Source: Xanthomonas campestris pv. campestris str. ATCC 33913
GTDB lineage: Bacteria > Pseudomonadota > Gammaproteobacteria > Xanthomonadales > Xanthomonadaceae
NCBI RefSeq assembly: GCF_000007145.1
Contig: NC_003902.1
Span: 430,325 to 462,324, forward strand
Direction of reading: 5' to 3'
DNA length: 32,000 nucleotides
Positions 10,216 to 18,967 of the stretch are shown here, piece after piece (the stretch's first letter is position 1; every line of letters starts with the position of its first letter). Position numbers and translations under genes: made by a program. The notes under the pieces are model-generated. The model did no database searches, had not been told where the DNA came from, and worked only from the letters and a program-made list of their open reading frames with translations.

Positions 10216-10953
10216 ATGCCGATGCACGACCTTCCCCCTGATACGCCGCCCGGCGATGTCCTGCTCGGCTATCGGCGCCCCCGCGCCGGCACGCAGCCTG
10301 CCTACCTGCATGCGCCGTATGCGTCCACCGCGTTGCGTGCGCCCACGCGTGCACCGATCGCCATGCCGGTCACGCTGTCGGAAGTCACCGGGCCACGGCC
10401 TTCGCAGATCACCCTCGGCGCGCATGCGGCCGACCTCACCGCCGGCTTTGCCGGTGAGCCACTGGGCGAGCGCATCATCGTGTCCGGCCGTGTGCTCGAC
10501 GAAAACGGCGCGCCGGTCCGCAATAGTGTGGTGGAGGTCTGGCAATGCAATGCGGCCGGGCGCTACCAACACGAGGGCGACCGCCACGATGCGCCGCTGG
10601 ATCCCAACTTTCGCGGCACCGGCCAGGTGCTGACCGACGCGCACGGGCGCTACGCCTTCAAGACCATCAAGCCCGGCGCCTATCCCTGGCGCAATCACTA
10701 CAACGCCTGGCGGCCGGCGCATATCCATTTTTCGCTACACGGCGATGGCATCGGCCAACGCCTGATCACGCAGATGTATTTCCCCGGTGATCCGTTGCTC
10801 GCGCACGACCCGATCTACAACTGCGTGGACGACCCGCTGGCACGCGACCGCATGGTGTCCAGTTTCGATTGGGAGCACGCGGTGAGCGAATACGCGCTGG
10901 CCTATCGGTTCGACATCGTGCTGCGCGGCCGCAAGCAAACCGTCTGGGAGTGA
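10216..10953 (+). CDS. pcaH: protocatechuate 3,4-dioxygenase beta subunit
   Basis: 245-aa ORF containing the intradiol dioxygenase core VEVWQCNAAGRYQHEGD...YPWRNHYNAWRPAHIHFSL. Followed directly by the alpha subunit. Confidence 0.9.
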   Translation: MPMHDLPPDTPPGDVLLGYRRPRAGTQPAYLHAPYASTALRAPTRAPIAMPVTLSEVTGPRPSQITLGAHAADLTAGFAGEPLGERIIVSGRVLDENGAPVRNSVVEVWQCNAAGRYQHEGDRHDAPLDPNFRGTGQVLTDAHGRYAFKTIKPGAYPWRNHYNAWRPAHIHFSLHGDGIGQRLITQMYFPGDPLLAHDPIYNCVDDPLARDRMVSSFDWEHAVSEYALAYRFDIVLRGRKQTVWE

Positions 10954-10957
10954 GCCA

Positions 10958-11521
10958 ATGAGCCTGCATGCAACGCCGTCGCAAACGGTTGGCCCGTACT
11001 ACCGGCTGGGGCTGGAGCCCTTGTATCGCGCACAGATCGCACCGGAGCACGCGGCCGGCACGCAGGTGCAGATCAGCGGATGCGTGTTCGATGGTGCCGG
11101 CATGCCGGTGAGCGATGCGGTGCTGGAGCTATGGCAGGCCGATGCCGCCGGCATCTATGCCCATGCGCACGATCCGCGCTGCGCCGCGCACGACCCCAGT
11201 TTCGATGGCTGGGGCCGCGTGCCCACCGATGCACAGGGCCGCTACCGGCTCAGCACCATCCGGCCAGGCCCGGTGGCCGGTCCGAACGGGCAGCCGCAGG
11301 CGGCGCATCTGGTCGTGCTCGTGTTCATGCGCGGGCTGTTGCGCGGCGTGGCAACGCGGCTGTACTTCGCCGACGACCCACAGCTGAGCGGTGACCCCAT
11401 CCTCGCGCTGGTGCCGCCCGAACGGCGCGGCACATTGCTGGCGCGCGCGCGCAGCGCTGGCGACTACGTGTGGGACATCCACATGCAGGGCGATGCCGAG
11501 ACGGTGTTCTTCAGTTACTGA
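10958..11521 (+). CDS. pcaG: protocatechuate 3,4-dioxygenase alpha subunit
   Basis: 187-aa ORF. MSLHATPSQTVGPYY... and LELWQADAAGIYAH... are typical of PcaG. Starts 5 nt after pcaH. Confidence 0.9.
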   Translation: MSLHATPSQTVGPYYRLGLEPLYRAQIAPEHAAGTQVQISGCVFDGAGMPVSDAVLELWQADAAGIYAHAHDPRCAAHDPSFDGWGRVPTDAQGRYRLSTIRPGPVAGPNGQPQAAHLVVLVFMRGLLRGVATRLYFADDPQLSGDPILALVPPERRGTLLARARSAGDYVWDIHMQGDAETVFFSY

Positions 11522-11754
11522 TGGGCGCGTGCACTGAAACGCGTGCCTGACGAGGTAGTTGTTTGCACAGGTCGCCAGGGTGTTGGCGCATGCAACCACA
11601 GCCTCCAGGTCGCGCCATCGGCGTGGCATCGCGCCCGCGCAAGCGGGGTGCCGGTGCACCGCCGCCGCTCACGCGAGCCGCGCGTCCGGCACGCGCATGG
11701 TTGGCACCTGTGCGCATCGGTGCCATGCTCCGGCCACGCCAAGAGATGCAATGC

Positions 11755-13107
11755 ATGAGTGCAACGTTTTCCCTGCTGGGCGGCCTGTTTGGCGACCCCG
11801 CGTGCGATGAAGTGTTCGACGATGCCGCGCGCGTGCAGGCGATGCTGGACTTCGAGTCCGCGCTGGCCCGGGCGCAGGCGCAATGCGGGGTGATTCCGCA
11901 GGCGGCCGCGCAGGTCATTGCCGCCCAGTGCCACGCAGTGCACTACGACCTGGCCGCATTGGCGCAGGCCACGGCACTGGCCGGCAACCCTGCCATTCCG
12001 TTGATCAAGGAACTGACCCGGCAGGTGGCCGCGCACGATGTCGATGCCGCGCGCTGGGTGCATTGGGGCGCCACCAGCCAGGACGTGATCGATACCGGCA
12101 GCGTGCTGCAACTGCGCGCGGCCTTCGACCTGCTGCTGCCGCGCCTGGACGCACTGTGCGCCTGCCTGGCGACGCTGGCCGCACGCGAGCGCGCCACCGG
12201 GCTGCCGGGCCGCACCCTGTTGCAGCAGGCGGTACCCGTGACCTTCGGGCTCAAGGCCGCCGGCTGGCTGGACGCCTTGCAGCGCGCACGCCGCCGCCTG
12301 CATACCGCGCGCACCGAGGCCTTGGTGCTGCAATTCGGCGGGGCCGCCGGCACCCTGGCGGCGCTGGAAACGCGTGGGCTGGAGGTGGCGCAGGCCTTGG
12401 CGCATACGCTGCAGTTGCCGCTGCCGGCGTTGCCCTGGCACACCGCGCGCGACCGCCTGGTGGAGGTGGGTTGCGCATTCGCGTTGCTGGCCGGCAGCCT
12501 GGGCAAGATCGGCGGCGATGTGGTGCTGCTGATGCAATCGGAAGTGGGCGAGGCGTTCGAGCCGGCGGCGGCGGGCAAGGGCGGCTCCTCGGCGATGCCG
12601 CACAAGCGCAACCCGGTGGCCGGCGTGGTGGCGGTCGCCGCCGCCGCGCGCGTGCCCGGGCTGGTGGCCACCTTGTTCGCCACGATGGCGCAGCCGCACG
12701 AGCGCGCGGCCGGGCAGTGGCATGCCGAATGGGAAACGCTACCGGAGATCGTGCGCCTGACCGCCGGCAGCCTTGCGCAGATGCAGGCCTGCCTGGCCGG
12801 GCTGGAACTGGACCGCACGCGCATGCAGGCGCATCTGCACAGCCACGGTGGCGTGCTCTACGCGGAGGCCGCGGTGTTCGCACTGGCGCGGCAGCTGGGC
12901 AAGTCGCAGGCGCATACGCTGGTCGAACATGCGGTGGCGCGTGCGCAGTCGGCAGGGCGTCATCTGCGCGAGGAGCTGGCCGACGATCCTCACGTGCAGG
13001 CAATGCTCTCGCCGGCACAACTGGAGGCGATCTTCGCGCCCGACAGCTGGCGTGGCATGGCGTCGGTCTGGATCGACCGCGTCCTGGCCGCTTCACCTTC
13101 CCCCTGA
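11755..13107 (+). CDS. pcaB: 3-carboxy-cis,cis-muconate cycloisomerase (fumarate lyase superfamily)
   Basis: ORF 11563..13107. I prefer the start MSATFSLLGGLFGD (ATG at 11755), which gives ~450 aa as is typical for PcaB. The 64-codon upstream extension has visibly weaker G/C third-position bias. Lyase signature GSSAMPHKRNP is present. Confidence 0.85.
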   Translation: MSATFSLLGGLFGDPACDEVFDDAARVQAMLDFESALARAQAQCGVIPQAAAQVIAAQCHAVHYDLAALAQATALAGNPAIPLIKELTRQVAAHDVDAARWVHWGATSQDVIDTGSVLQLRAAFDLLLPRLDALCACLATLAARERATGLPGRTLLQQAVPVTFGLKAAGWLDALQRARRRLHTARTEALVLQFGGAAGTLAALETRGLEVAQALAHTLQLPLPALPWHTARDRLVEVGCAFALLAGSLGKIGGDVVLLMQSEVGEAFEPAAAGKGGSSAMPHKRNPVAGVVAVAAAARVPGLVATLFATMAQPHERAAGQWHAEWETLPEIVRLTAGSLAQMQACLAGLELDRTRMQAHLHSHGGVLYAEAAVFALARQLGKSQAHTLVEHAVARAQSAGRHLREELADDPHVQAMLSPAQLEAIFAPDSWRGMASVWIDRVLAASPSP

Positions 13108-13116
13108 CGGTGGCCC

Positions 13117-13899
13117 ATGGCATTTCTCCAGTTGCCGACACATCGCCTGCATTACCGCCTGGATGGCACTGAAGGACGCCCCTGGCTGACCTTCTGCAAC
13201 TCGCTTGGCACCGACCTGCACATGTGGGACGTGCAGCTGGAGGCGCTTGCGCCGCACTACCGCATCCTGCGCTACGACCGCCGTGGTCACGGCTACTCCG
13301 AGTCGCCGCCCGGCCCATACAGCGTGGCCGACCTGGGCCAGGATGTGATTGCGCTCTGGGATGCGCTGCAGATTGCGCGCAGTGATTTTTGTGGGCTCTC
13401 GATCGGCGGGCTCACCGGCCAATGGCTCGGCCTCAACGTGCCGCAGCGATTGCGGCGGCTGGTGGTCTGCGCCACAGCGCAGAAGATCGGCAGCGCCGAC
13501 ACCTGGGCCACACGGATCGAGCAGGTGCGCCACGACGGCTTGCCGGTGTTGATCGACGCCACGTTGCAGCGCTGGTTCACCCCGCACTTCGCCCTGTCGC
13601 ATGCGCAGCGTCTGGACATGATCGCCGCCGCGTTCGTATCCACCTCCCCCGACGGCTACATCGCCTGTTGCCAGGCAGTAGCCGATGCCGACTTCCGTGG
13701 CGCACTGGAAGCCCTGGAGGTGCCATTGCTGGCCATCGCCGGCGACGACGATCCGGTCTGCCCGCCCACCGACCTGCGCGACATCGCCTATGCGGTGCCC
13801 GACGGCCAGTACGCGCAGGTGCCCGGCCGCCACATCTGCAACCTGGAATCGCCGGCAGCGTTCAACGACGTGCTGCTGGGTTTTCTCCAGGCCGAGTGA
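13117..13899 (+). CDS. pcaD: 3-oxoadipate enol-lactonase (alpha/beta hydrolase)
   Basis: 260-aa ORF with nucleophile elbow GLSIGG and the PcaD-like N-terminus LHYRLDG....PWLTFCNSLGTDLHMWD. Located between pcaB and pcaC. Confidence 0.88.
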   Translation: MAFLQLPTHRLHYRLDGTEGRPWLTFCNSLGTDLHMWDVQLEALAPHYRILRYDRRGHGYSESPPGPYSVADLGQDVIALWDALQIARSDFCGLSIGGLTGQWLGLNVPQRLRRLVVCATAQKIGSADTWATRIEQVRHDGLPVLIDATLQRWFTPHFALSHAQRLDMIAAAFVSTSPDGYIACCQAVADADFRGALEALEVPLLAIAGDDDPVCPPTDLRDIAYAVPDGQYAQVPGRHICNLESPAAFNDVLLGFLQAE

Positions 13900-13926
13900 G
13901 CTTTCCCCCAACTGCAAGGACACCCG

Positions 13927-14331
13927 ATGCACGAAGACGAACGATACCAGGCCGGCCTGCGCGAGCGCCGGCGCGTGCTGGGCGATGCGCATGTCGACCG
14001 CGCGCTGGCCGCGCGCACCGAGTTCACCGGCGAGTTCCAGGACATGATCACCCGCCACGCCTGGGGCACCATCTGGACCCGTGACGGCCTGCCCGCCCAC
14101 ACTCGCTCGCTGCTGACCCTGGCGATGATGGTGGCGCTGGGGTGTGATGAGGAATTCAAGCTGCATGTGCGTGCCGCGCGCAACAACGGCGTCACTGCCG
14201 CGCAGATCAAGGAAGTATTGCTGCAGGCAGCGATCTACTGCGGCGTGCCAGCGGCCAACCACGCCTTCGCGTTAGCGCAACCGATCCTGGACGCACAGGC
14301 GGCCGAAGGTGAGCCGGCAACCGACGGTTAG
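13927..14331 (+). CDS. pcaC: 4-carboxymuconolactone decarboxylase
   Basis: 134-aa ORF of the CMD family (…WGTIWTRDGLPAHTRSLLTLAMMVALG…EFKLHVRAARNNGVT..QIKEVLLQAAIYCGVPAAN). Confidence 0.88.
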   Translation: MHEDERYQAGLRERRRVLGDAHVDRALAARTEFTGEFQDMITRHAWGTIWTRDGLPAHTRSLLTLAMMVALGCDEEFKLHVRAARNNGVTAAQIKEVLLQAAIYCGVPAANHAFALAQPILDAQAAEGEPATDG

Positions 14332-14816
14332 CTGATCGGCACGATCGCGATCGCAGATGGCACGGCACACCATGCACGCGTAACGGATGAGACGCGTCGG
14401 CGGCCGCAGCACACATCAACACAAAGACATCGCACCCGATGCCACTCCTCCGCCAGGAAAGAGGCAGGGCGCGTGCACGGCGCAAGACCGTGTTGTGATC
14501 GAAGATGGTCAAGCGCATGGACGCGCCTCGCATGCGTCGTACCGGCGGCGGCCGCGCACCAACCATGCAATTGCACCGTAGTCGCTCTGCGTTGGAGAGG
14601 GTTCGTTGAGAGAACGCCGTGATCAACGATGGAGAACCACCCGCACGCGCGCCGCAAGAAACATATCCGACAGCAGCGCATCCCCGCACTGGTTCCGCCA
14701 GCGCATCGCCTGATCGCCAGCGGCCATGACACACCGCCCGCACTACGGCGATGATGCAGCCTCCCAATACGCCGGCCTGCCGCGTCCTTGCAGCGCCGCC
14801 ATCCACGAGGCTCCAC

Positions 14817-15743
14817 ATGATGCTACGTCTCGCCTGCCTGGCAGTGCTGCTGCTCCTTACCTGCGGCGCGCAGGCGCAACCACAGCCCGGCCCGGGCACG
14901 CAGCGTGCGCAGGTGCAGGCCGACGATGGCCAGCCACTGGTGGTGTGGTCGCGGCTGCCGGCACGGCCGCGTGGCACGCTGCTGCTGGTGCATGGGCGCA
15001 CCTGGAGTGCATTGCCCAACTTCGATCTGCAAGTGGCCGGCGAGCCTGCCGACACGCGCTCGGTGCTGGCGGCGTTGGCACAGGCGGGCCACGCGGTGTA
15101 TGCGCTGGATCTGCGCGGCTATGGCGGCACCGCGCGCGATGGCAGCGGGTGGAACACGCCGGTACGCGCCATGGCTGACGTGCGCGCCACGCTGACATGG
15201 ATCGCCAAGCGCCATCCCGGTCTGCCGCCGCCCGCACTGCTGGGGTATTCCAATGGCGCACGGGTGGCCTTGCTGCTCGCCCAGACGCAGCCGGAGCTGT
15301 TGTCGGCGCTGGTGCTGTATGGCTTTCCGGACGATGTCGATGCCGCGCCGCAGGCCGCCGCCGTGCCCGCACAGCCGCCGCGTGAACGCACCACCGCCGA
15401 AGCCGCTGGCTCGGACTTCATCACTGCCAATGCCGCGCCCGCCGCCGTACAGAAGGCGTATGTGGCCGCCGCACTCGCGGCCGACCCGGTGCGCACCGAC
15501 TGGCGCGCGATGGAGCAATTCGCCTACCAGCCCGAGCAGGTGACGCGCGTGCCGGTGCTGCTGCTGCGCGGTGTGGATGACCCACTCGCCACGCAGTCAG
15601 AGAATGCGCACCTGTTCGCACGCCTGGGCAGCGCCGACCGCAGCTGGGTCACCTTGCCGCACGCCGACCATGTGGCGCATGTCGAAGACAGCCATGCCGC
15701 CTGGGTGGACGCGGTGGTCGCCTTCCTGCGCCGCCCGCGCTGA
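14817..15743 (+). CDS. secreted alpha/beta-fold hydrolase of unknown substrate
   Basis: ORF 14751..15743. I prefer the start MMLRLACLAVLLLLTCGAQA (ATG at 14817), which gives a signal-peptide-like N-terminus. It has an HG oxyanion region (LLLVHGRTW), a nucleophile elbow GYSNG and a C-terminal DHVAHVE. Confidence 0.7.
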   Translation: MMLRLACLAVLLLLTCGAQAQPQPGPGTQRAQVQADDGQPLVVWSRLPARPRGTLLLVHGRTWSALPNFDLQVAGEPADTRSVLAALAQAGHAVYALDLRGYGGTARDGSGWNTPVRAMADVRATLTWIAKRHPGLPPPALLGYSNGARVALLLAQTQPELLSALVLYGFPDDVDAAPQAAAVPAQPPRERTTAEAAGSDFITANAAPAAVQKAYVAAALAADPVRTDWRAMEQFAYQPEQVTRVPVLLLRGVDDPLATQSENAHLFARLGSADRSWVTLPHADHVAHVEDSHAAWVDAVVAFLRRPR

Positions 15744-15758
15744 ACCAGCCGGACACGC

Positions 15759-16619
15759 TCAGCTGAGCAGGGCGCCCAAGCGCTGCGCCGCCTGCTTGAG
15801 CGGCTCCACCCACTGGGTCTGCATCGTCTGCAGGCTCACCCGCCCGGCCTGCGCACCGATATTGAGCGCGGCAATCACCTCGCCACGCAGGTTGCGCACC
15901 GGCACTGCGATCGAGCGCAGGCCGATCTCCAGCTCCTGGTCGGTCAGGCAGACGCCCTCGCGGCGCGCCCGTGCCAGCACCTCGAGCAGGGCGGCGGGCT
16001 GGGTCACGGTGCGGTCGGTGCGCGGACGCAAGGTGGTGCGTTCCAGATAGGCCTGCAGCGTGTCGGCAGGCAGGGCCGCCAGCAGCACCCGCCCCATCGA
16101 CGTGCAATAGGCCGGCAGGCGGGTGCCGGGCCGCAGCCCGATCGACATGATGCGCACGGTTTCCGCGCGTGCCACGTACAGCAGGTCATCGCCATCCAGC
16201 ACCCCCAGCGAGCACGACTCGTGCACCTGGTCGCGCAGGCCATCCAGCACTGGCTGCGCCGCAGCGGTCATCGACGAGGACGCGGTGTACGCACCGCCCA
16301 GCCCCAGCACCCGCGGCAGCAACACATAGCCGCGGCCCTGCTCACCCACATAACCCAGGGCCGCCAGGGTGTGCAGCACGCGCCTGACCGCGGCGCGCGA
16401 GATGCCGGTCTCCAGGCTGATCTGCGACATCGTCACCTCGCGCGCGTGCTGGGCGAACACGCTCAACACCACCAGCCCGCGCCCGAGCGAGGTCATGAAA
16501 TCCGGGTCACCTTTGGCAGCGGCAATCTGCTGCATCAAGGCATGCGGTAGGCCGCGCTCGCTGCTGGCGATGGCCGGCGCGGCGGGACGTTTGCGGCGGG
16601 AAGAGGTGGGCTCGGGCAT
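15759..16619 (-). CDS. IclR-family transcriptional regulator, PcaR/PcaU/PobR-like
   Basis: 286-aa ORF with an N-terminal wHTH (MSQISLETGISRAAVRRVLHTLAALGYV) and an IclR effector domain (…GVLDGDDLLYVAR…IGLRPGTRLPAYCTSMGRVLLA…LEIGLRSIAVPV). It flanks the pca cluster, and a PcaR-type operator is present at the pcaI promoter. Confidence 0.82.
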   Translation of the reverse strand: MPEPTSSRRKRPAAPAIASSERGLPHALMQQIAAAKGDPDFMTSLGRGLVVLSVFAQHAREVTMSQISLETGISRAAVRRVLHTLAALGYVGEQGRGYVLLPRVLGLGGAYTASSSMTAAAQPVLDGLRDQVHESCSLGVLDGDDLLYVARAETVRIMSIGLRPGTRLPAYCTSMGRVLLAALPADTLQAYLERTTLRPRTDRTVTQPAALLEVLARARREGVCLTDQELEIGLRSIAVPVRNLRGEVIAALNIGAQAGRVSLQTMQTQWVEPLKQAAQRLGALLS

Positions 16620-16770
16620 CGCATCGCGCTAGGGGCAGGTGCCTGCATGGTAAGCGCATCGTCCCAATGCATGGCCCCGGTCTCAGCTCGGCCCCGTACG
16701 GGGTGAGCGCTTCACCCTGCTTGACGCATAATCGTCACTGGTCTTTTTCCTGCGTTGGTTCCCTTCCTCC

Positions 16771-17628
16771 ATGAAAACCCCCAAGGGCCTGCAACCGCTG
16801 ATCGACGATGGCGTCATCGACGAAGTGTTGCGACCACTGAAAAGCGGCAAGGAAGCCTCCGTCTACGTGGTCAGCGCGGGCGAAGACATCCTGTGCGCGA
16901 AGGTCTACAAGGACATGGCGCAGCGCAGCTTCCAGGCGCGCGTGCAATACCAAGAAGGACGCAAGGTGCGCGGCAGCCGCCAGGCCCGTGCGATGGGCAA
17001 GGCCACCAAGTTCGGCCGCAAGGAAGCCGAGACCGCCTGGAAGAACACCGAGGCCGACGCGCTCTACCAACTGGTGGACGCCGGCGTGCACGTGCCCAAG
17101 CCGCGCGGCTATTTCCACGGCGTGTTGCTGATGGACCTGGTGACCGACGACGCCGGCCACAGCGCGCCACGGCTGGGCGAAGTGGAACTGGAGCCGGAAC
17201 AGGCGCGCCTCTTCCACACCAGCCTGGTCGGCGACGTGGTCAAGATGTTGTGCCTGGGCCTGGTGCATGGCGACCTCTCCGAATACAACGTGCTGGTCTC
17301 GCCCGACGGCCCGGTGGTGATCGACTTCCCGCAGGTGGTCAGCGCGGCCGGCAACAACGCCGCACGCGACATGTTGCTGCGCGACGTGCACAACCTGCGT
17401 GACTGCCTGGGCCGGTTCGCCCCCGAGTTGCTAGACACCTATTACGGCGAAGAAATGTGGGCGTTGTTCGAAAAGGGCGAGCTGCGCCCGGACAGTGCAT
17501 TGACCGGCCGTTTCACCTTCGACACCAAGCGCGCCGACGTGCGTGCCATCCGCGCCTCGATCGAGGACGCGCGCCAGGAAAACCTGATCCGTCAGCAGGG
17601 CCGCGAGGCGGCCGCCGAAGACGATTGA
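16771..17628 (+). CDS. RIO1-family atypical serine protein kinase (bacterial RIO kinase)
   Basis: 285-aa ORF. It carries an ATP-loop-like LKSGKEASVYVV, a conserved Lys in CAKVYK, the catalytic loop LVHGDLSEYNVLV and metal-binding IDFPQVV. This is the RIO1 arrangement without an activation loop. Confidence 0.85.
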   Translation: MKTPKGLQPLIDDGVIDEVLRPLKSGKEASVYVVSAGEDILCAKVYKDMAQRSFQARVQYQEGRKVRGSRQARAMGKATKFGRKEAETAWKNTEADALYQLVDAGVHVPKPRGYFHGVLLMDLVTDDAGHSAPRLGEVELEPEQARLFHTSLVGDVVKMLCLGLVHGDLSEYNVLVSPDGPVVIDFPQVVSAAGNNAARDMLLRDVHNLRDCLGRFAPELLDTYYGEEMWALFEKGELRPDSALTGRFTFDTKRADVRAIRASIEDARQENLIRQQGREAAAEDD

Positions 17629-17915
17629 TCGCGATGGCTGCAGCAGGTGTGGCTGCGGCGTTACCAGCGGCTAACGCTGCTGCCTAAAGCTGCTGCGGTC
17701 ATCCGCAACAGCGCTTGGCTGCCTGTGTCTAACGGCACGCACACGTTACGCCAGCATGGACGATGCCCGGTGATGCGCCTGGCCAATACGCTGCATTGCA
17801 GTGACCTATCTGCATCGACATCACGCGCATGATCGAAACAATTGATGAGCCGTAATGGTTAAAGGCCATAACGATCTGGCAAGCTCGGCGTCTCTCATCG
17901 CTGCTGGAGTCCGTC

Positions 17916-18884
17916 ATGGAATTCGATCCCGATGTCGTGCGCCTGTTCGTGCAGCTGCAGCAAGCGGGGCAGCCCCCGATGGAGGCGCTGCCGTTGCAGG
18001 AAGCACGCGCCATGATGCGCGGCATGGGAGTGCAGCTGGGATTTCCACGGCTGCCGATGGCGCAGGTGACCGACCTGCAGGCCGACACTGCCGCCGGCAC
18101 GGTGCCGCTACGTCTGTACCGGCCGCCGGGCCTGAATGACACGCCCGCACCTACGTGTCTGTTCGTGCACGGTGGTGGCGGTGTTGTGGGCGATCTGGAC
18201 TCGCATGACGACGTCTGCCGGCAGCTGGCGGCACGCACGCCGTGTCAGGTGCTGGCGGTGGACTATCGCCTCGCGCCCAAACATCCGGCGCCGGCCGGCG
18301 TGGAGGATGTCATCGCCACACTGCACTGGCTGGCCGAGCATGCCGACGCGGTGGGCGCCGATCCGCAGCGTCTTGCGATCTGCGGTGACAGTATCGGAGG
18401 TGGCATGGCGGCGGTAGCGGCGATCACTGCACAGCAGCGAGGTATCGCGTTGCGCTGTCAGCTGTTGCTGTACCCGCTGACGGATGCGCGCCCGGATACC
18501 GGCGTGCATCCCTCACGCGGCCGCAATGCCGAGATCCCGCCGCTGACCCGCAGCGCGGTGCAGTTCTTCAATCGCCTGTTGCTGCCGGACATGCGCCTGG
18601 CCGACCACTGGCACATCTCCGTGCTGCTGGCGCCGGACGTGGCCGGCGTGGCGCCGGCACTGGTGGTGCTGGCCGACCGCGACATCCTGCACGACGAGGG
18701 ACTGCAATACGCCGAGCGCCTGCGCACCGCCGGCGTGGAAGTCACCCAGCGCACCTGTGTCGGCATGATCCATGGCTTCATCACCATGGGCGGCGTGATC
18801 CGTGCGGCCGAGGAAACCATCGAGCTGGCGGCGCTGATGCTGCGGCAACGGCTGCTGCCAGTGCAGCCACGCTTTGCCGCGTAG
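17916..18884 (+). CDS. alpha/beta hydrolase fold-3 esterase/lipase (hormone-sensitive-lipase family)
   Basis: 322-aa ORF with the HGGG oxyanion motif (LFVHGGGGVVG), the nucleophile motif GDSIGG, and later DILHDEG and IHGF (Asp/His of the triad). Confidence 0.82.
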   Translation: MEFDPDVVRLFVQLQQAGQPPMEALPLQEARAMMRGMGVQLGFPRLPMAQVTDLQADTAAGTVPLRLYRPPGLNDTPAPTCLFVHGGGGVVGDLDSHDDVCRQLAARTPCQVLAVDYRLAPKHPAPAGVEDVIATLHWLAEHADAVGADPQRLAICGDSIGGGMAAVAAITAQQRGIALRCQLLLYPLTDARPDTGVHPSRGRNAEIPPLTRSAVQFFNRLLLPDMRLADHWHISVLLAPDVAGVAPALVVLADRDILHDEGLQYAERLRTAGVEVTQRTCVGMIHGFITMGGVIRAAEETIELAALMLRQRLLPVQPRFAA

Positions 18885-18932
18885 CCAACACGTGCCTCGG
18901 CGCGCCGGCGGCGCATTCAACGCATTACCGAA

Positions 18933-18957
18933 AGGCCGCGACCAAGTCGCGCGGCCT
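18933..18957. terminator. GC-rich stem-loop between the convergent esterase and DUF2490-like genes
   Basis: AGGCCGCGAC-CAA-GTCGCGCGGCCT forms a stem with one 2-nt bulge. It lies in the 83-bp gap between two converging stop codons. It has an AAA tract on one side but no clear T-run on the other. Confidence 0.4.
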
Positions 18958-18967
18958 GTGCGTGCGC

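Noticed and set aside
11515-13318. Minus-strand ORFs of 402, 293 and 355 aa (11515..12723, 11943..12824, 12251..13318), plus the plus-strand alternate-frame ORF 11883..13172
   Set aside because: All overlap pcaB or pcaD, which carry diagnostic motifs (GSSAMPHKRNP, GLSIGG). The competing frames give Arg/Pro/Ala-rich junk.
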